IMG/VR virus record: IMGVR_UViG_3300042013_000056
Span: 64,001-128,000 of that record
Reading direction: 5' to 3' (one strand)
Source of the DNA: a virus
DNA: 64,000 nt
Position 1 is the first letter of the stretch. Every line of letters starts with the position of its first letter. Below are positions 10,333 through 20,662 of this stretch, one piece after another. A program made the position numbers and the translations under genes. Under the pieces are notes generated by a model. It did not search any database. It saw nothing but the letters and a program-made list of their open reading frames with translations, and had not been told where the DNA came from.

Positions 10333-10899
10333 ATGGAACTCAAAAATTATTTTGCTCAAGATGCGGAAGGTAATGCGCAACCAAATGCAACTTGCTACCT
10401 GTATAACGCGGATACAACAAATCTTGCAAATGGATTGGTAGACGCGGATAACCAACCACTTACCAACCCATTTATCAGTAACGATTATGGTCTTATCCAA
10501 TTCAAAGCACCAAATGGTTTGTATGATCTTCGTGTAATTTCCGGGGTTCGAGATTACAAGATTCGTGTGCAGGCTGCTGATGCTTCCGAGTTAATTGGTG
10601 GTATTGCCGATGCGGTAGCGGCTGCCGAAGTCGCAACTGATGCCGCTAACAACGCAACAGCCAAATCTCAAATCGCAACAGATTCCGCTGATAATGCCGT
10701 TAATGCGCGGGATGCGGCTGAATCATATGCAGTTAGCGTATTAACATCAGTTAGTGAAGTTCAGCTTCTTACAATTCAGGCTCAACAAGCCGCTCTGGAC
10801 GCTGGTAACGCTGCGCAAATCAAAGTGGATGCACTAGCAAATACACCATTCAATTTCACCGCTCTAACAGCGATTGAACGCAAAGGAATTCGCCAATGA
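10333..10899 (+). CDS. tailspike adaptor/anchor protein (anchor domain plus Ala-rich coiled coil)
   Basis: N-terminal 80 aa paralogous to 5488; no catalytic body; ATGA overlap with the next gene. Confidence 0.8.
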   Translation: MELKNYFAQDAEGNAQPNATCYLYNADTTNLANGLVDADNQPLTNPFISNDYGLIQFKAPNGLYDLRVISGVRDYKIRVQAADASELIGGIADAVAAAEVATDAANNATAKSQIATDSADNAVNARDAAESYAVSVLTSVSEVQLLTIQAQQAALDAGNAAQIKVDALANTPFNFTALTAIERKGIRQ

Positions 10900-12947
10900 A
10901 ATATTATGTAAGTGCCCTTGGAAGTGATACCAACACTGGTACTCGACCAAGCACACCATGGAAAACACTCGATAAAGTAAACGCACAACGTTTTCAACCG
11001 GGTGACCAAATTGTGTTTCGTCGTGGTGACACATTCTACGGAAAGATCATTCCATTCGGCAACCGTTCTCAGAACGTGCGACCAATTTCATATGGTAACT
11101 ATGGTACTGGTGAACTTCCTATCATCAGTCGTTACAAAGTCATCCCAGCATCTTCATGGGTACTTCATAGTGCCGGTGTGTGGAAAGTTGATCTAACCAA
11201 CCTTGCTAACTTTACCGGTGATCAAGAAGTAACAACACAAGGTGTTAACGTAGGTTTCTTGAAATATGGGACTACGATTTACCCTAACAAGAAATGGAGT
11301 GTGGCGACCCTAGCAAACCAATGGGATTTCTACAGTGACAATACTCAGTACCTGTACGTTAAACTTGACACAATTCCGGGTGTGATTTCAGCACCAGTTG
11401 GTCAACGCATTATCGACTCAGTAACTTATAGTGCCACAGGATATCGCGTATCTGGTCTGCACCTAAAAGGTTGTGGTGGGCATGCCATTAACGGTACGCT
11501 CCAAGATACAGTCATTACAGGCTGTATGATGGGTGAACTTGGCGGTGGTGAACTAATTGGATTTCCAACGCCTAATACTCGTTATGGTAACGGCGTGGAA
11601 ATGTGGAACGGTTCATTCCGTACACTAGCGACCGGCAACGTCATCTATGATGTATATGATGTGGGTTGTACAATGCAAGGTAATCTGGTCACACCAGCAT
11701 CCGGTTGGTCCGATTGCTGGTTCACTAAAAACTTGATTATGCGTTGTAACCAGTCATTTGAAGTATGGGCTACCGGTGTAGATAATGTCACACCACCCGC
11801 CGCTGGTTCTGGGTTTCATCGCACAGGTTTTGTGGATAACATTTGTATTGATGCTGGTAAGTCGTGGGGTAGTTCCGCTCGCCCAGATCAAACAACCAAA
11901 GCACATTTGCTGTTGTATACCATCACAGTACCGGATGTAGATATTCTTGTAGCGGGTAATAAGTTTTATAAACCTGTTGGTGCATTAATCTCAAGGGGTG
12001 GTAACACTAGTCTACCTACAGGTTATGTACTTAAAAATAACCAAGTCTTCTTGGAAGCTGATGTACCAATTCTTTACGGATTGTCTTATAAGTGGTCTGA
12101 TTGGGAAGCTTTTGCTACTTATATCGGCACTGGGTCTGACACAGTATCGACGTTGGTAACTTCGGCAGATACAAACCTTACATTGGTACAAGCAGTAAAC
12201 AAATTGGGTGAGGCGGTTACTTCAAGTTCGTCTTCACAATCCTTCATGGAAAAAGTTACATGTGATTTGTTTGCAACAGCCGCCGCTGCACTTGATGATG
12301 TTACAAGCCTTCGTTCAGATTCATTGTTCACTGGGTTTGAATCGCAGTCGTCATCGGTAGTTGGTGATTACTACGCAAAATTGCTGGTTATCACTGGATT
12401 GGATTCACAAGCTCGTATTGATGGTTCATTCCTGTACCACATTGGTGGTGACTCAACAACCAACCGTCAAGGATTGGGTTTGGTATCGTTCCAGTTCAAC
12501 CCAATCTCGGGTGGTTCATACTTCAACATGGATGTGGTTGAACTACTACCATTCAGAACTGGACCAGATTATACGGACTTTAAAGCTGTATTTGTCGAAG
12601 ATGCGTTGGCTACAGGTGGTAAAGTACAACTAGAGGTTTACTTCAACATTGGTAAAGACAACTTCCAACGACTAAAAGTCATGCCTACAAGTATGATGAT
12701 TTCTGGTAGTTTGAATGGTGCATACCAATACAGAGGTGGTGATGCTCTAATTACTTCCCTACCAGCAGGTACACAAGTAACAGCTACAGGTAACTCAGCC
12801 GCGTGGCAAAAGAAACCGTTGACTGGTACAACTGCACCATCAAGCGTACCTTTGTTTGTTGGACAATCGTATTTGGATACTACCAACAAGAAATCGTACA
12901 CTGCGTTTGGTACAACCAGTTCTGCTGACTGGGTGGCATTGAACTAA
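10896..12947 (+). CDS. tailspike 3, right-handed beta-helix (pectin-lyase-like) depolymerase without anchor domain
   Basis: YYVSxxGSDxNxGT..PWKTLxKVN start typical of parallel beta-helix enzymes. Confidence 0.8.
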   Translation: MKYYVSALGSDTNTGTRPSTPWKTLDKVNAQRFQPGDQIVFRRGDTFYGKIIPFGNRSQNVRPISYGNYGTGELPIISRYKVIPASSWVLHSAGVWKVDLTNLANFTGDQEVTTQGVNVGFLKYGTTIYPNKKWSVATLANQWDFYSDNTQYLYVKLDTIPGVISAPVGQRIIDSVTYSATGYRVSGLHLKGCGGHAINGTLQDTVITGCMMGELGGGELIGFPTPNTRYGNGVEMWNGSFRTLATGNVIYDVYDVGCTMQGNLVTPASGWSDCWFTKNLIMRCNQSFEVWATGVDNVTPPAAGSGFHRTGFVDNICIDAGKSWGSSARPDQTTKAHLLLYTITVPDVDILVAGNKFYKPVGALISRGGNTSLPTGYVLKNNQVFLEADVPILYGLSYKWSDWEAFATYIGTGSDTVSTLVTSADTNLTLVQAVNKLGEAVTSSSSSQSFMEKVTCDLFATAAAALDDVTSLRSDSLFTGFESQSSSVVGDYYAKLLVITGLDSQARIDGSFLYHIGGDSTTNRQGLGLVSFQFNPISGGSYFNMDVVELLPFRTGPDYTDFKAVFVEDALATGGKVQLEVYFNIGKDNFQRLKVMPTSMMISGSLNGAYQYRGGDALITSLPAGTQVTATGNSAAWQKKPLTGTTAPSSVPLFVGQSYLDTTNKKSYTAFGTTSSADWVALN

Positions 12948-12951
12948 TAAT

Positions 12952-12983
12952 CATAAATAATTAGCCGTGTAGTGCGGCTAATT
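12952..12983 (+). promoter_or_regulatory. late promoter CATAAATA overlapping a 9-bp hairpin
   Basis: AATTAGCCG-tgtagtg-CGGCTAATT. Confidence 0.6.
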
Positions 12984-12999
12984 TAATAAGGTAACTTAA

Positions 13000-14901
13000 A
13001 TGTCCTACGAAACACTCGCCGCTTCGGTCGATGCACTTGCGGCAATTAATAATCAATTGGCAACCGAAGTCATTGAGACTCAAGTTGCCAGTAATGCTGC
13101 GAAATTAATCGCACAAACTAGTGCGGCATCTGCTGCCGCATCCGCTGCGGTTGCAGCTACAGAATCGCAGGCGAATGTAGATGCTGCTATGACAGCATTG
13201 GCAAGTCCAACTGGGGGTGGTTTAGTTGGTATGACTAGATCGTCACTATCCAAAGCCATTGCTGATGTGAACTCTGTAATATCGGGTCTGATTGTTAATA
13301 TCTGGGAATATGCTGGATTAGCAATTGGTTACGATCCCACGGGTGTGGTTCCACCATCCCAATGGGATTGGACTCCAGCGTCAACCGCCGCGTCGGCATA
13401 TGTCAAGTCTAAAGGTGGTGGCTGGATTCGTTATCCTGCTGGTAGCTACCCTCACACCAAGATGGTAAAACAACATGGTGTGAGTTGGGTTGGTGATGGT
13501 TCAAGTGTCACTTATATCACCACAAAAGCTTCATCTTCATCCGTACCTTATGGTCTTATCGAGGTTGAGCCGGGTGCTGTAAGTTCATCGCATATGATTG
13601 GTATGCATGTAATGGGTAGTGCGGTAGCTGGCTTTGCACAAGCTACAGTTAACCCAACTCAATGGGGTATGTACGCTAAAGCACAATGGGATGCAACTTA
13701 TCAACATGGTGGGTTGTGGTACTCTGAATTCCGCGATGTTCGATTCTCTAACTTCAACTACGGTGTTTGGACTCGTGGTGGATATACAATCAACAACTAC
13801 CAGCGACCAATTCAGTTCCTGACTTTCGACAAAGTGTTCATTCAAGTTCCTACAGGCGGTGAAGCACTTCGTATGACTGGTCAACATGGTCAGATTGAAT
13901 TCCGTGGTGGTTCTGCGGAAGGTCGTGACAGCGTTGTTGCAGCGCTCTGTATCAATATCGGTATGGACCCTGACCCATCGACTATGGCTGATAACGCAAG
14001 TGGTCATGGGGAGAGTACATCTGATACCGCTGGTACAGGTAATGCGGTACAGGCTCCATACAACGTAAACTTTGGTAATGGATTCTCCATTCAGAAGTCT
14101 CGCAAAGGTATTGCTGCTAGGAACTGCCGTCAAATCTCGGTACAAGGTGCTTGGGTCGAAGACATTGCAGAGCTGATTGACTTGTCGGCTAACGCTCACT
14201 TGACGTTTGAGTCAAACCACTTGGCTAACGCGGCTGACGGCTCTGTTGGTGGCACAGCAGGTACAGGTTATTTTATCAAGATGGCCACAAGTTCCGCATT
14301 AGAGTTCAAATCGACTTCTGATGTTATTGGTATAGTCGATAACTACCTTGAGCCTACTACTAACCTGAATAACCTTCGCAGTTTGAAAGTAGAAGGTCTT
14401 GCTTTCGGTGATACTTATCAGAAGTTTGCGGCTGCGGGTTACAAGACTATGGTTCTCACAGGTTCGGCTATCGACATCGGCGCGCACAAGTTTGTTATTA
14501 TCAACCCGGCACCTGCTGATCCTAGTTTGAAGTTGGATATCCTGAAAGCTACTATTGCTCCGGGTGAACGAGTAACCATCCGGGCATTGACTGGGCCTAT
14601 CACAGTAGTCAATACGGGCAACATTTCGTTGAACGGTGAACCTGCAATCTGTGTTCCTCTGTCTGGCGCGATGGTCCTTGAACGGCTCTATCAAGTCATT
14701 GGCAACGTTGAATGGGTACTGCTATCAGTAACCGAACAACGCGCTACTGCCGCACCTACAGACGGGTTCTATTACCCACAGGATCATCGGGTCTGGCGTC
14801 GTGGTGCAGCAGCTTCCGGGCCGATGGGGTGGATTTGCACAACAGCAGGTCTTGCCGGTACAACTGCTATATTCAAAGCTATGCCTAACCTAGCTGCATA
14901 A
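13000..14901 (+). CDS. tailspike 4 (N-terminal coiled coil, pectate-lyase-like beta-helix)
   Basis: GGGWIRYPAGSY...GDG motif; C-terminal PTDG...GWICTTAG motif seen in tailspikes. Confidence 0.85.
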   Translation: MSYETLAASVDALAAINNQLATEVIETQVASNAAKLIAQTSAASAAASAAVAATESQANVDAAMTALASPTGGGLVGMTRSSLSKAIADVNSVISGLIVNIWEYAGLAIGYDPTGVVPPSQWDWTPASTAASAYVKSKGGGWIRYPAGSYPHTKMVKQHGVSWVGDGSSVTYITTKASSSSVPYGLIEVEPGAVSSSHMIGMHVMGSAVAGFAQATVNPTQWGMYAKAQWDATYQHGGLWYSEFRDVRFSNFNYGVWTRGGYTINNYQRPIQFLTFDKVFIQVPTGGEALRMTGQHGQIEFRGGSAEGRDSVVAALCINIGMDPDPSTMADNASGHGESTSDTAGTGNAVQAPYNVNFGNGFSIQKSRKGIAARNCRQISVQGAWVEDIAELIDLSANAHLTFESNHLANAADGSVGGTAGTGYFIKMATSSALEFKSTSDVIGIVDNYLEPTTNLNNLRSLKVEGLAFGDTYQKFAAAGYKTMVLTGSAIDIGAHKFVIINPAPADPSLKLDILKATIAPGERVTIRALTGPITVVNTGNISLNGEPAICVPLSGAMVLERLYQVIGNVEWVLLSVTEQRATAAPTDGFYYPQDHRVWRRGAAASGPMGWICTTAGLAGTTAIFKAMPNLAA

Positions 14902-14938
14902 AACAAAAAAACCCGCTTATGCGGGTTTTTTTGTTTTT
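14901..14938. terminator. bidirectional terminator at the convergence point
   Basis: AAAACAAAAAACCCGC-TTAT-GCGGGTTTTTTTGTTTT. Confidence 0.85.
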
Positions 14939-16256
14939 GATTCTATCAAATCTTGTTTTGTAATTGTCCCACCGAAGCCACCCGGCATTCTATCATTCGC
15001 CTGAGTTTGTAATTGATACAATTCCTCATCTGAACGGCGTTGGGCTACTCTGGCAGCATGTTCGGATTCGTACACACCCGGTCGCCAACACCCATAAGCA
15101 GATATCACGAACCCAGTACCAGTATCTCTTATCATTTAATCATACCACCCAGAACGATCTAACAACCTAAATGATGAATTTTCTTCCCAGCCCAAAACCT
15201 CAGTTCCATTCCAGTTGCCTGATACCACCCGAAACGCAAACTCACGCTCTCCATGAATGATATAACCAACAATCTCATGGTTGCCACCTTCACGATCAAG
15301 CGAACAGCGATCAGTTACGATAACATCTTTACCGTTGCCGAATTCAGCGATTGATTCAAGTATGTCGGTTACAACAGACGATTCGAGGATGTTTTCTGCA
15401 AACTCAATGAATTCTTCGCAATACTGATCGCAGAATTTGAGCCATTTCAAAGCCCAATACCATTGTCTTGATTGATAGTATCGACCCCGAGTTGAGCAAC
15501 CCGGTTGACTGCAAGGAAGGTAACCAAGTCTTGAAACGAGTTGCCGACTTCACGAATCATCCGATTCTTATCGACAAACAACAGCTTGGTCTTATCGAGG
15601 GTCAGACCTTTGTAGACTGACACACCATGCTTGCGGGTGTGATATGACTCGCCGGGGATCATTGTAGGGAGAACATAAGCTCCCCGCATCCCCCGAATCA
15701 TGTGTATTGATCCGTTCGTTTCTGATTGGAATTTTCTTCCGGTGTACGGACAAACTTCAACATGCCACGCATTGCGGTTTCGGCTTGTTTCAAATCACCA
15801 TCAAATTCCTTGATTTGGAATTGGGTGACGTAACGCAGTTCTTGCAATGCTGCAAATGCTCGTTCGAGCTTTCCTTTAAATTCAGGTTCTTGAAATGCCA
15901 TTAATCCCTCACATGACTTTGATACACGCAGCCAGTTGCATCGCCGGGGTCAGTGACCAACCGTGGATGTCCGGGCCGATGAGTGCATTATAAGTTGCTC
16001 TGATATCTGGGTCTTTGTTCCATTCATTAATCTGATTGGTATAAGCCCAACGTTGTTCATCGTTGAAGTTCTCAACCATGTATTTGTTGAAATCAGCCTG
16101 ATCGCGTGGATCGGCAGAATTGTGTGCGATGGATGCAAACTGGTGCATTTCCATGCACTTAGCAACGACTGGAATGTCTTTCAGTTTCGCGGCGGGTGTT
16201 GCGTTAGCTACGCCTACCAAACTGATCAGTGCTAATGCGATGATTGTACGTTTCAT
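14917..16256 (-). CDS. run of five hypothetical genes (14917-15135, 15136-15450, 15447-15701, 15698-15901, 15909-16256 with signal peptide)
   Basis: abutting ORFs; 15909 ORF begins MKRTIIALALISLVGVANA. Confidence 0.65.
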
Positions 16257-16275
16257 GATTTAATCCATTTAAATG

Positions 16276-16317
16276 TATTGGGTACTTGCAATATACAAGT
16301 ACCCAATAATTTGTCAA
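16276..16317 (-). promoter_or_regulatory. sigma70 promoter inside a 13-bp perfect inverted repeat
   Basis: TTGACA-N16-TATATT; arms TATTGGGTACTTG / CAAGTACCCAATA with the -10 in the 7-nt loop. Confidence 0.7.
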
Positions 16318-16793
16318 GCGGTTGGCTTGGAATATTTGTTCTTCCACTTCATGGTCTTGTTATAGACTGTCTGTTTGACTTGAATATTGTCCAAAGAACC
16401 AAGTTCTGTGTAAATCACATCCAATGCACACAGAATGGTATCAATCGCTTCTCCAATAACGCCGTCTTTACCGGCAGGGCCAGATTTCAAGCCTTTTGCG
16501 ATTTTAATTTCTGTAGCAGTTTCACCAGCTTCTTCAAAAAGAGAAAGCATGATGTCTGGCTGATCAGCCTTGGTGTGACCAATGATTTCACAAGTTTCTT
16601 GAACGAATGCAAGAAGATTGAATTTTTCAAAGAATTCCACCCGTTCAGCATGCATTTTTTCAGCACATGTACGACATGAAACAGCTCGTTTATCAACATC
16701 GTTCGTAATTTGCTTACAATGCATGCAACTGAAAACGGTATAGTTACCGGGTGCGTATCCGAAGACCTTCAAGTGTTCCCATGTATTATTCAT
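16314..16793 (-). CDS. MazG-like NTP pyrophosphohydrolase with N-terminal zinc finger
   Basis: LFEEAGE...GEAIDTILCALD; CxxC...CxxC. Confidence 0.75.
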   Translation of the reverse strand: MNNTWEHLKVFGYAPGNYTVFSCMHCKQITNDVDKRAVSCRTCAEKMHAERVEFFEKFNLLAFVQETCEIIGHTKADQPDIMLSLFEEAGETATEIKIAKGLKSGPAGKDGVIGEAIDTILCALDVIYTELGSLDNIQVKQTVYNKTMKWKNKYSKPTA

Positions 16794-17689
16794 GTTCCAC
16801 CGGAACCGGGATGTAGATATTGCGTTTTTCTTTGTTGTTGTAACGCTGTGCCCAATAGAACGCCTGATCCTTGGTCAATTCTGTAGACGCAAACCGATTC
16901 CGGGTGGTATCCCAGATATTCCAGTGCTTGATTTTCAATGCATCAGCATCGGTGGGTTCTGGCAAGATCGGTCGTTTTGGTGGAGCCACAACCGTTGCTG
17001 GTGCGCCAAACCCAGCCAACCGGGCGTTACCATTCACTGGCTTAGGAACCGCCTGAGAAAGCTGTGCAGCTTCCCACGCTTTCTGTGCATATTCCTTGAC
17101 GTTGGCACGGATTGCATCTTGAAACCCAAAGTTCGGGTAAATCTGGTCAAACCAGACTTCGAATCGATTAGTATCCATACAACTCCATGTAAACTTTTTC
17201 ACCATGCTTGGAGAACATCACGTCGAATTGGTAGAATCCGTCGTTGTCCATCAGGATTTTCCCTTTACCAACCAATTCAAAGAACCGATTGGTTGAACTT
17301 CCACGCAACATCATTTCAAAACCAGCCGGACATTCAAGAATCAACCCAATGTCACTGTTACCGTGGTAGATGCGTTTGAACTTACCAGTTAAGCGAACAA
17401 CTGGGATGTGGTCGAACAACACTACATCATGCAGGCCGGGTCCGGTGTATGGTGGGTAGATGTAGGATCGGGTAGCTGAATCGTAAACCCCACCGAGGGC
17501 AACGCTCCCATCCGGTGTAACCGTACCATCAAGAGCATATGCATCTTTAGCTTTGTCGATTCTCGCTTGTTGTTGGGTTGGTTTGCCGCAATATACGGTT
17601 GGACAATGCCCGGTAAAGAAATGACCAGTTACTTTGTTCTGAGCTAAAAGCCAAGATTTACTTGGTGCGAGTTTATGAATTACCTGCAC
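16786..17689 (-). CDS. two hypothetical proteins (16786-17205, 17168-17689)
   Basis: operon-oriented ORFs. Confidence 0.65.
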
Positions 17690-18025
17690 TTATTTTCCTT
17701 TCAGTGTGAAACCAAGGCTGAGAACGTAACGAGTCCCACTTTCAACCTTGGAAACAGAATGTGTTGAGATATCCGGGCGAAAGAACGCCAGAAATCGATT
17801 TTGATAAATCACAGACCCGGCTCTGAACTCCCCACCAACCTTTGCAGGTTTGATGAAAATGTTCAGGCGGTAATGCCGACGATTGGTTACTTGATCTACA
17901 TGGGGTGCGATGTATGCACCTTCTTTGAATCTGAGTAACCATAGATCGAACGGCAACCAGCTTGCAGAAATGATCGGCAGTTTGTCGTAACCAGACTGTT
18001 GCCGACCGAGTGTCCATTTAAACAT
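17690..18025 (-). CDS. 2OG-Fe(II) oxygenase-like protein
   Basis: PHVD (HxD), GGEF, HSV...GTRYVL; start revised to the ATG at 18025. Confidence 0.8.
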   Translation of the reverse strand: MFKWTLGRQQSGYDKLPIISASWLPFDLWLLRFKEGAYIAPHVDQVTNRRHYRLNIFIKPAKVGGEFRAGSVIYQNRFLAFFRPDISTHSVSKVESGTRYVLSLGFTLKGK

Positions 18026-18420
18026 CAGAGCTTCCAATCGAAATTAACGCCGACCATGTAATCATGGTATACAGCCGGGGAACGGGCGTCATTGGCCCCA
18101 CCAACAAACGAATCGTATTCTTCATCGTGGTAAGCCTGCCAGCCGCTCAACATACCGTATGCAAGATCATCGTTGGCGTTACGATCAACAACCAATCCAA
18201 CAGAATTCGTCACCGCTTCGATAATATCAGCATCTGAAACGCCACGACCTTCGAACTTTTCGTTGTAGTATTCTGGTTTTATCAAACACCCGACAGCACA
18301 CATCTTACCATCATGCGATTTGTACAGGCAGTCACCGTTTGCAAATGCTTGTGCGTTCTGTTTGGTTAGATGGTCGCGGATAGTTTCCGAAACTTCGATC
18401 AATTTGGTTGTCTGAGTCAC
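18025..18420 (-). CDS. hypothetical protein, paralog of 235-627
   Basis: shared Cys motifs; GTG start 6 nt after GGAG. Confidence 0.7.
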   Translation of the reverse strand: MTQTTKLIEVSETIRDHLTKQNAQAFANGDCLYKSHDGKMCAVGCLIKPEYYNEKFEGRGVSDADIIEAVTNSVGLVVDRNANDDLAYGMLSGWQAYHDEEYDSFVGGANDARSPAVYHDYMVGVNFDWKL

Positions 18421-18468
18421 GTCTTGCTCCAATTCGTTAAGATATGCTTATTAAACCATATCAATGGT

Positions 18469-18918
18469 TCAGGCTAAACATTCAAGCATTTTATTTCGAT
18501 CTTCAAGGTATAGAATGTATTCACATAGCCGCTCAACACTACTCGCCACCCGAAACCCATTGGAGTCTCGATTTGCACGATAATCTTCCAACATCGGATG
18601 GTTGTTCAAGGTTTGATTCAATGTGATTTCATCACGCCACTTGTTACGGGCTGGTACAACCAGTTGTGGATAGTGTTTGATGCAAAATTTACCATCCTTG
18701 AAATGGATTGTATCAAACTCCTGCTCGATATCCGACCATCGAATCAAACCCTGTGCTGGACTGCAATAGTGGATGGTCAAATATTTGGCATCAGCGAACT
18801 GAGCTTTTTGACCAAACTGACCATCATCCCAGCGGTAACCAAGTTTGAATAGTTTTAACTGCGCCGAAATACTGTTGGCCGGACTGGTCACTTCAATTTG
18901 ATAATCGTCTTTAATCAT
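18469..18918 (-). CDS. hypothetical protein
   Basis: 149 aa ORF; weak RBS. Confidence 0.65.
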   Translation of the reverse strand: MIKDDYQIEVTSPANSISAQLKLFKLGYRWDDGQFGQKAQFADAKYLTIHYCSPAQGLIRWSDIEQEFDTIHFKDGKFCIKHYPQLVVPARNKWRDEITLNQTLNNHPMLEDYRANRDSNGFRVASSVERLCEYILYLEDRNKMLECLA

Positions 18919-18990
18919 ACAAGGCTCTGTAAGGCTATCTGAGAGGGTTTGATAGAATCCCTATACCATCGCATAGGTCATACAATGTAA

Positions 18991-19018
18991 AACGCCCCTG
19001 CAAGCTGCTAGGGGCGTT
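18991..19018 (-). terminator. terminator after the 19029 gene
   Basis: AACGCCCCT...AGGGGCGTT followed by TTAC. Confidence 0.6.
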
Positions 19019-19028
19019 CTGGGTGGGG

Positions 19029-19425
19029 TTAGATCAGATTCATGTGGTTGCCGATCAACAAACACAACCCAAACACCGCAATGATCATATTGAAGATCAT
19101 TTCAACCATGTCGGCTTTGTGGTTGTAATATTGAATCATTTTCGGTTGCTTACCCAATCGCCGGAGCCCAAAGTAAAACCGTACAAAGAAAATGAGTGTA
19201 ACCACAGCCGCATAATAGATCATTTTATTCCTTACTGATTTTGTTCTGTTTCGTATTGTAATTGATTACGCAGCCAACAAGCAACCCAAAAAACAACAAA
19301 AAGCACGTCGAACCAATAATGGTATGGTTTTCATGCTCAACCCAGCCCAACACGTAGAAACTCGCCACAATACCGAACGTGCTTAAAATTACATTGATAT
19401 AATACAACACCTTTTCCATTTCCAT
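19029..19425 (-). CDS. two small membrane proteins (19029-19223, 19225-19425)
   Basis: two hydrophobic segments each. Confidence 0.6.
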
Positions 19426-19462
19426 AGCTCCAAAGTTTTTATTATTCCTTACTATGGAGTCG

Positions 19463-19527
19463 ATTATATGGCAATGGTTGCATTGAAATAAACATTGGCG
19501 ATGAAAAAAGGGCCAATTGGCCCTTTT
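19463..19527 (-). promoter_or_regulatory. terminator (19506-19527) followed by promoter AATGTTTATT-N18-TATAAT
   Basis: AAAAGGGCC-AATT-GGCCCTTTT; conserved -35 element. Confidence 0.7.
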
Positions 19528-19530
19528 CTT

Positions 19531-20662
19531 TTAACGTTTTGGTGATGTGTAATCGAATCTATCTTTGTTCTTTTCGGTTAATTCATACCGCAGGTTCTCG
19601 CCAGCGGGTGTGGTTGTCAACTGTTCGTTTACAATCATTGAACATTGGGTATAAACCAAATCACCAGAATCAACCCGAACAGTTTTCGGGAGAATCTTGA
19701 CAACCACGTTTACACTGATACCGCTGTAAGTGCTGCTCCATGCAAGGATGTCACCAACCTTGACTTCACGGCCAATAATATCTTTTAACATTTTACGCTC
19801 GTTTGTTTAAATTGATTTCCGCAATACGTTTGAAGTGTTGGACCGCTTTAACTTTGTCACGCATTTCTGGTTTGGCACCGAAGAAGCATGGGTCTTTGAG
19901 TTCTGTTTTGATCTTCGAATCCGACCACCCAGAAAGAGTCTTACGACCGTGTGGGGTTTTTTGCAGTTCTTCTTTAATCAGACCAACAATAGTGTCGTAG
20001 ATAGACATCAGACTTACCTTTCGAAATAAAATGGAATTCAATCAAACTGTTGCGGCATTCACTTATGGGTGCCAGCTAAGTGACCTTGACTGGTTGCATG
20101 CCATTGGTTGCATTTTGGGCACTGGTAAACTTCGTTGCACTTGTAACCACGCTTGAACTTTGAAAGCCCAAGGATCAACAAGGCATCTGCTTCGGATTTG
20201 AAAGACCGTTTGAAACAGACGAAACTGTTATTGACTTTCCAGCCAATGATTTTTCCATCAAACCGAACTTCTTCGGCTCCAAACTTTTGATACAAAGCGT
20301 TAACCTTGTCACGACGTACACGTTTATCACGGTACTTGATACGGGTTTCTTGAACCAACTCCCTGCTAAAGCGATTATCTTGAATCATTCTACAAACTCC
20401 GATTCTGTTCTGTTGTTTCCGGTAACAGAATCATACCACTCAAGTGTCTCTTTCTAAACAGTTTTTTGAATTATTTGTAGCAAGCTGGTTTATCAGGCAT
20501 ACGTTGCCAATGGGTAACGGTTGGGTCAGATGTCAATAGAACAATTGCTCGTTCTAGGCGACTGGTGACCCAATACCCCATGGAGTTGTTCCACAGCATA
20601 ACCTGACCCAACTTGTCACAATCAAACGATGTCGGAAGGACACGCGCTGCGATTGCAATCAT
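19531..20662 (-). CDS. four hypothetical genes (19531-19791, 19793-20041, 20059-20388 with YxCPKCxxWH zinc motif, 20471-20662)
   Basis: operon-oriented ORFs. Confidence 0.65.
20430..20460 (-). promoter_or_regulatory. phage promoter TGTTTAGA-N17-TATGAT
   Basis: exact 17-bp spacer; leader carries a TTCTGTT/AACAGAA hairpin. Confidence 0.7.

Noticed and set aside
10860-10900. Programmed frameshift joining the adaptor to tailspike 3
   Set aside because: No slippery heptamer seen; ordinary ATGA coupling with an AAGGA SD explains it
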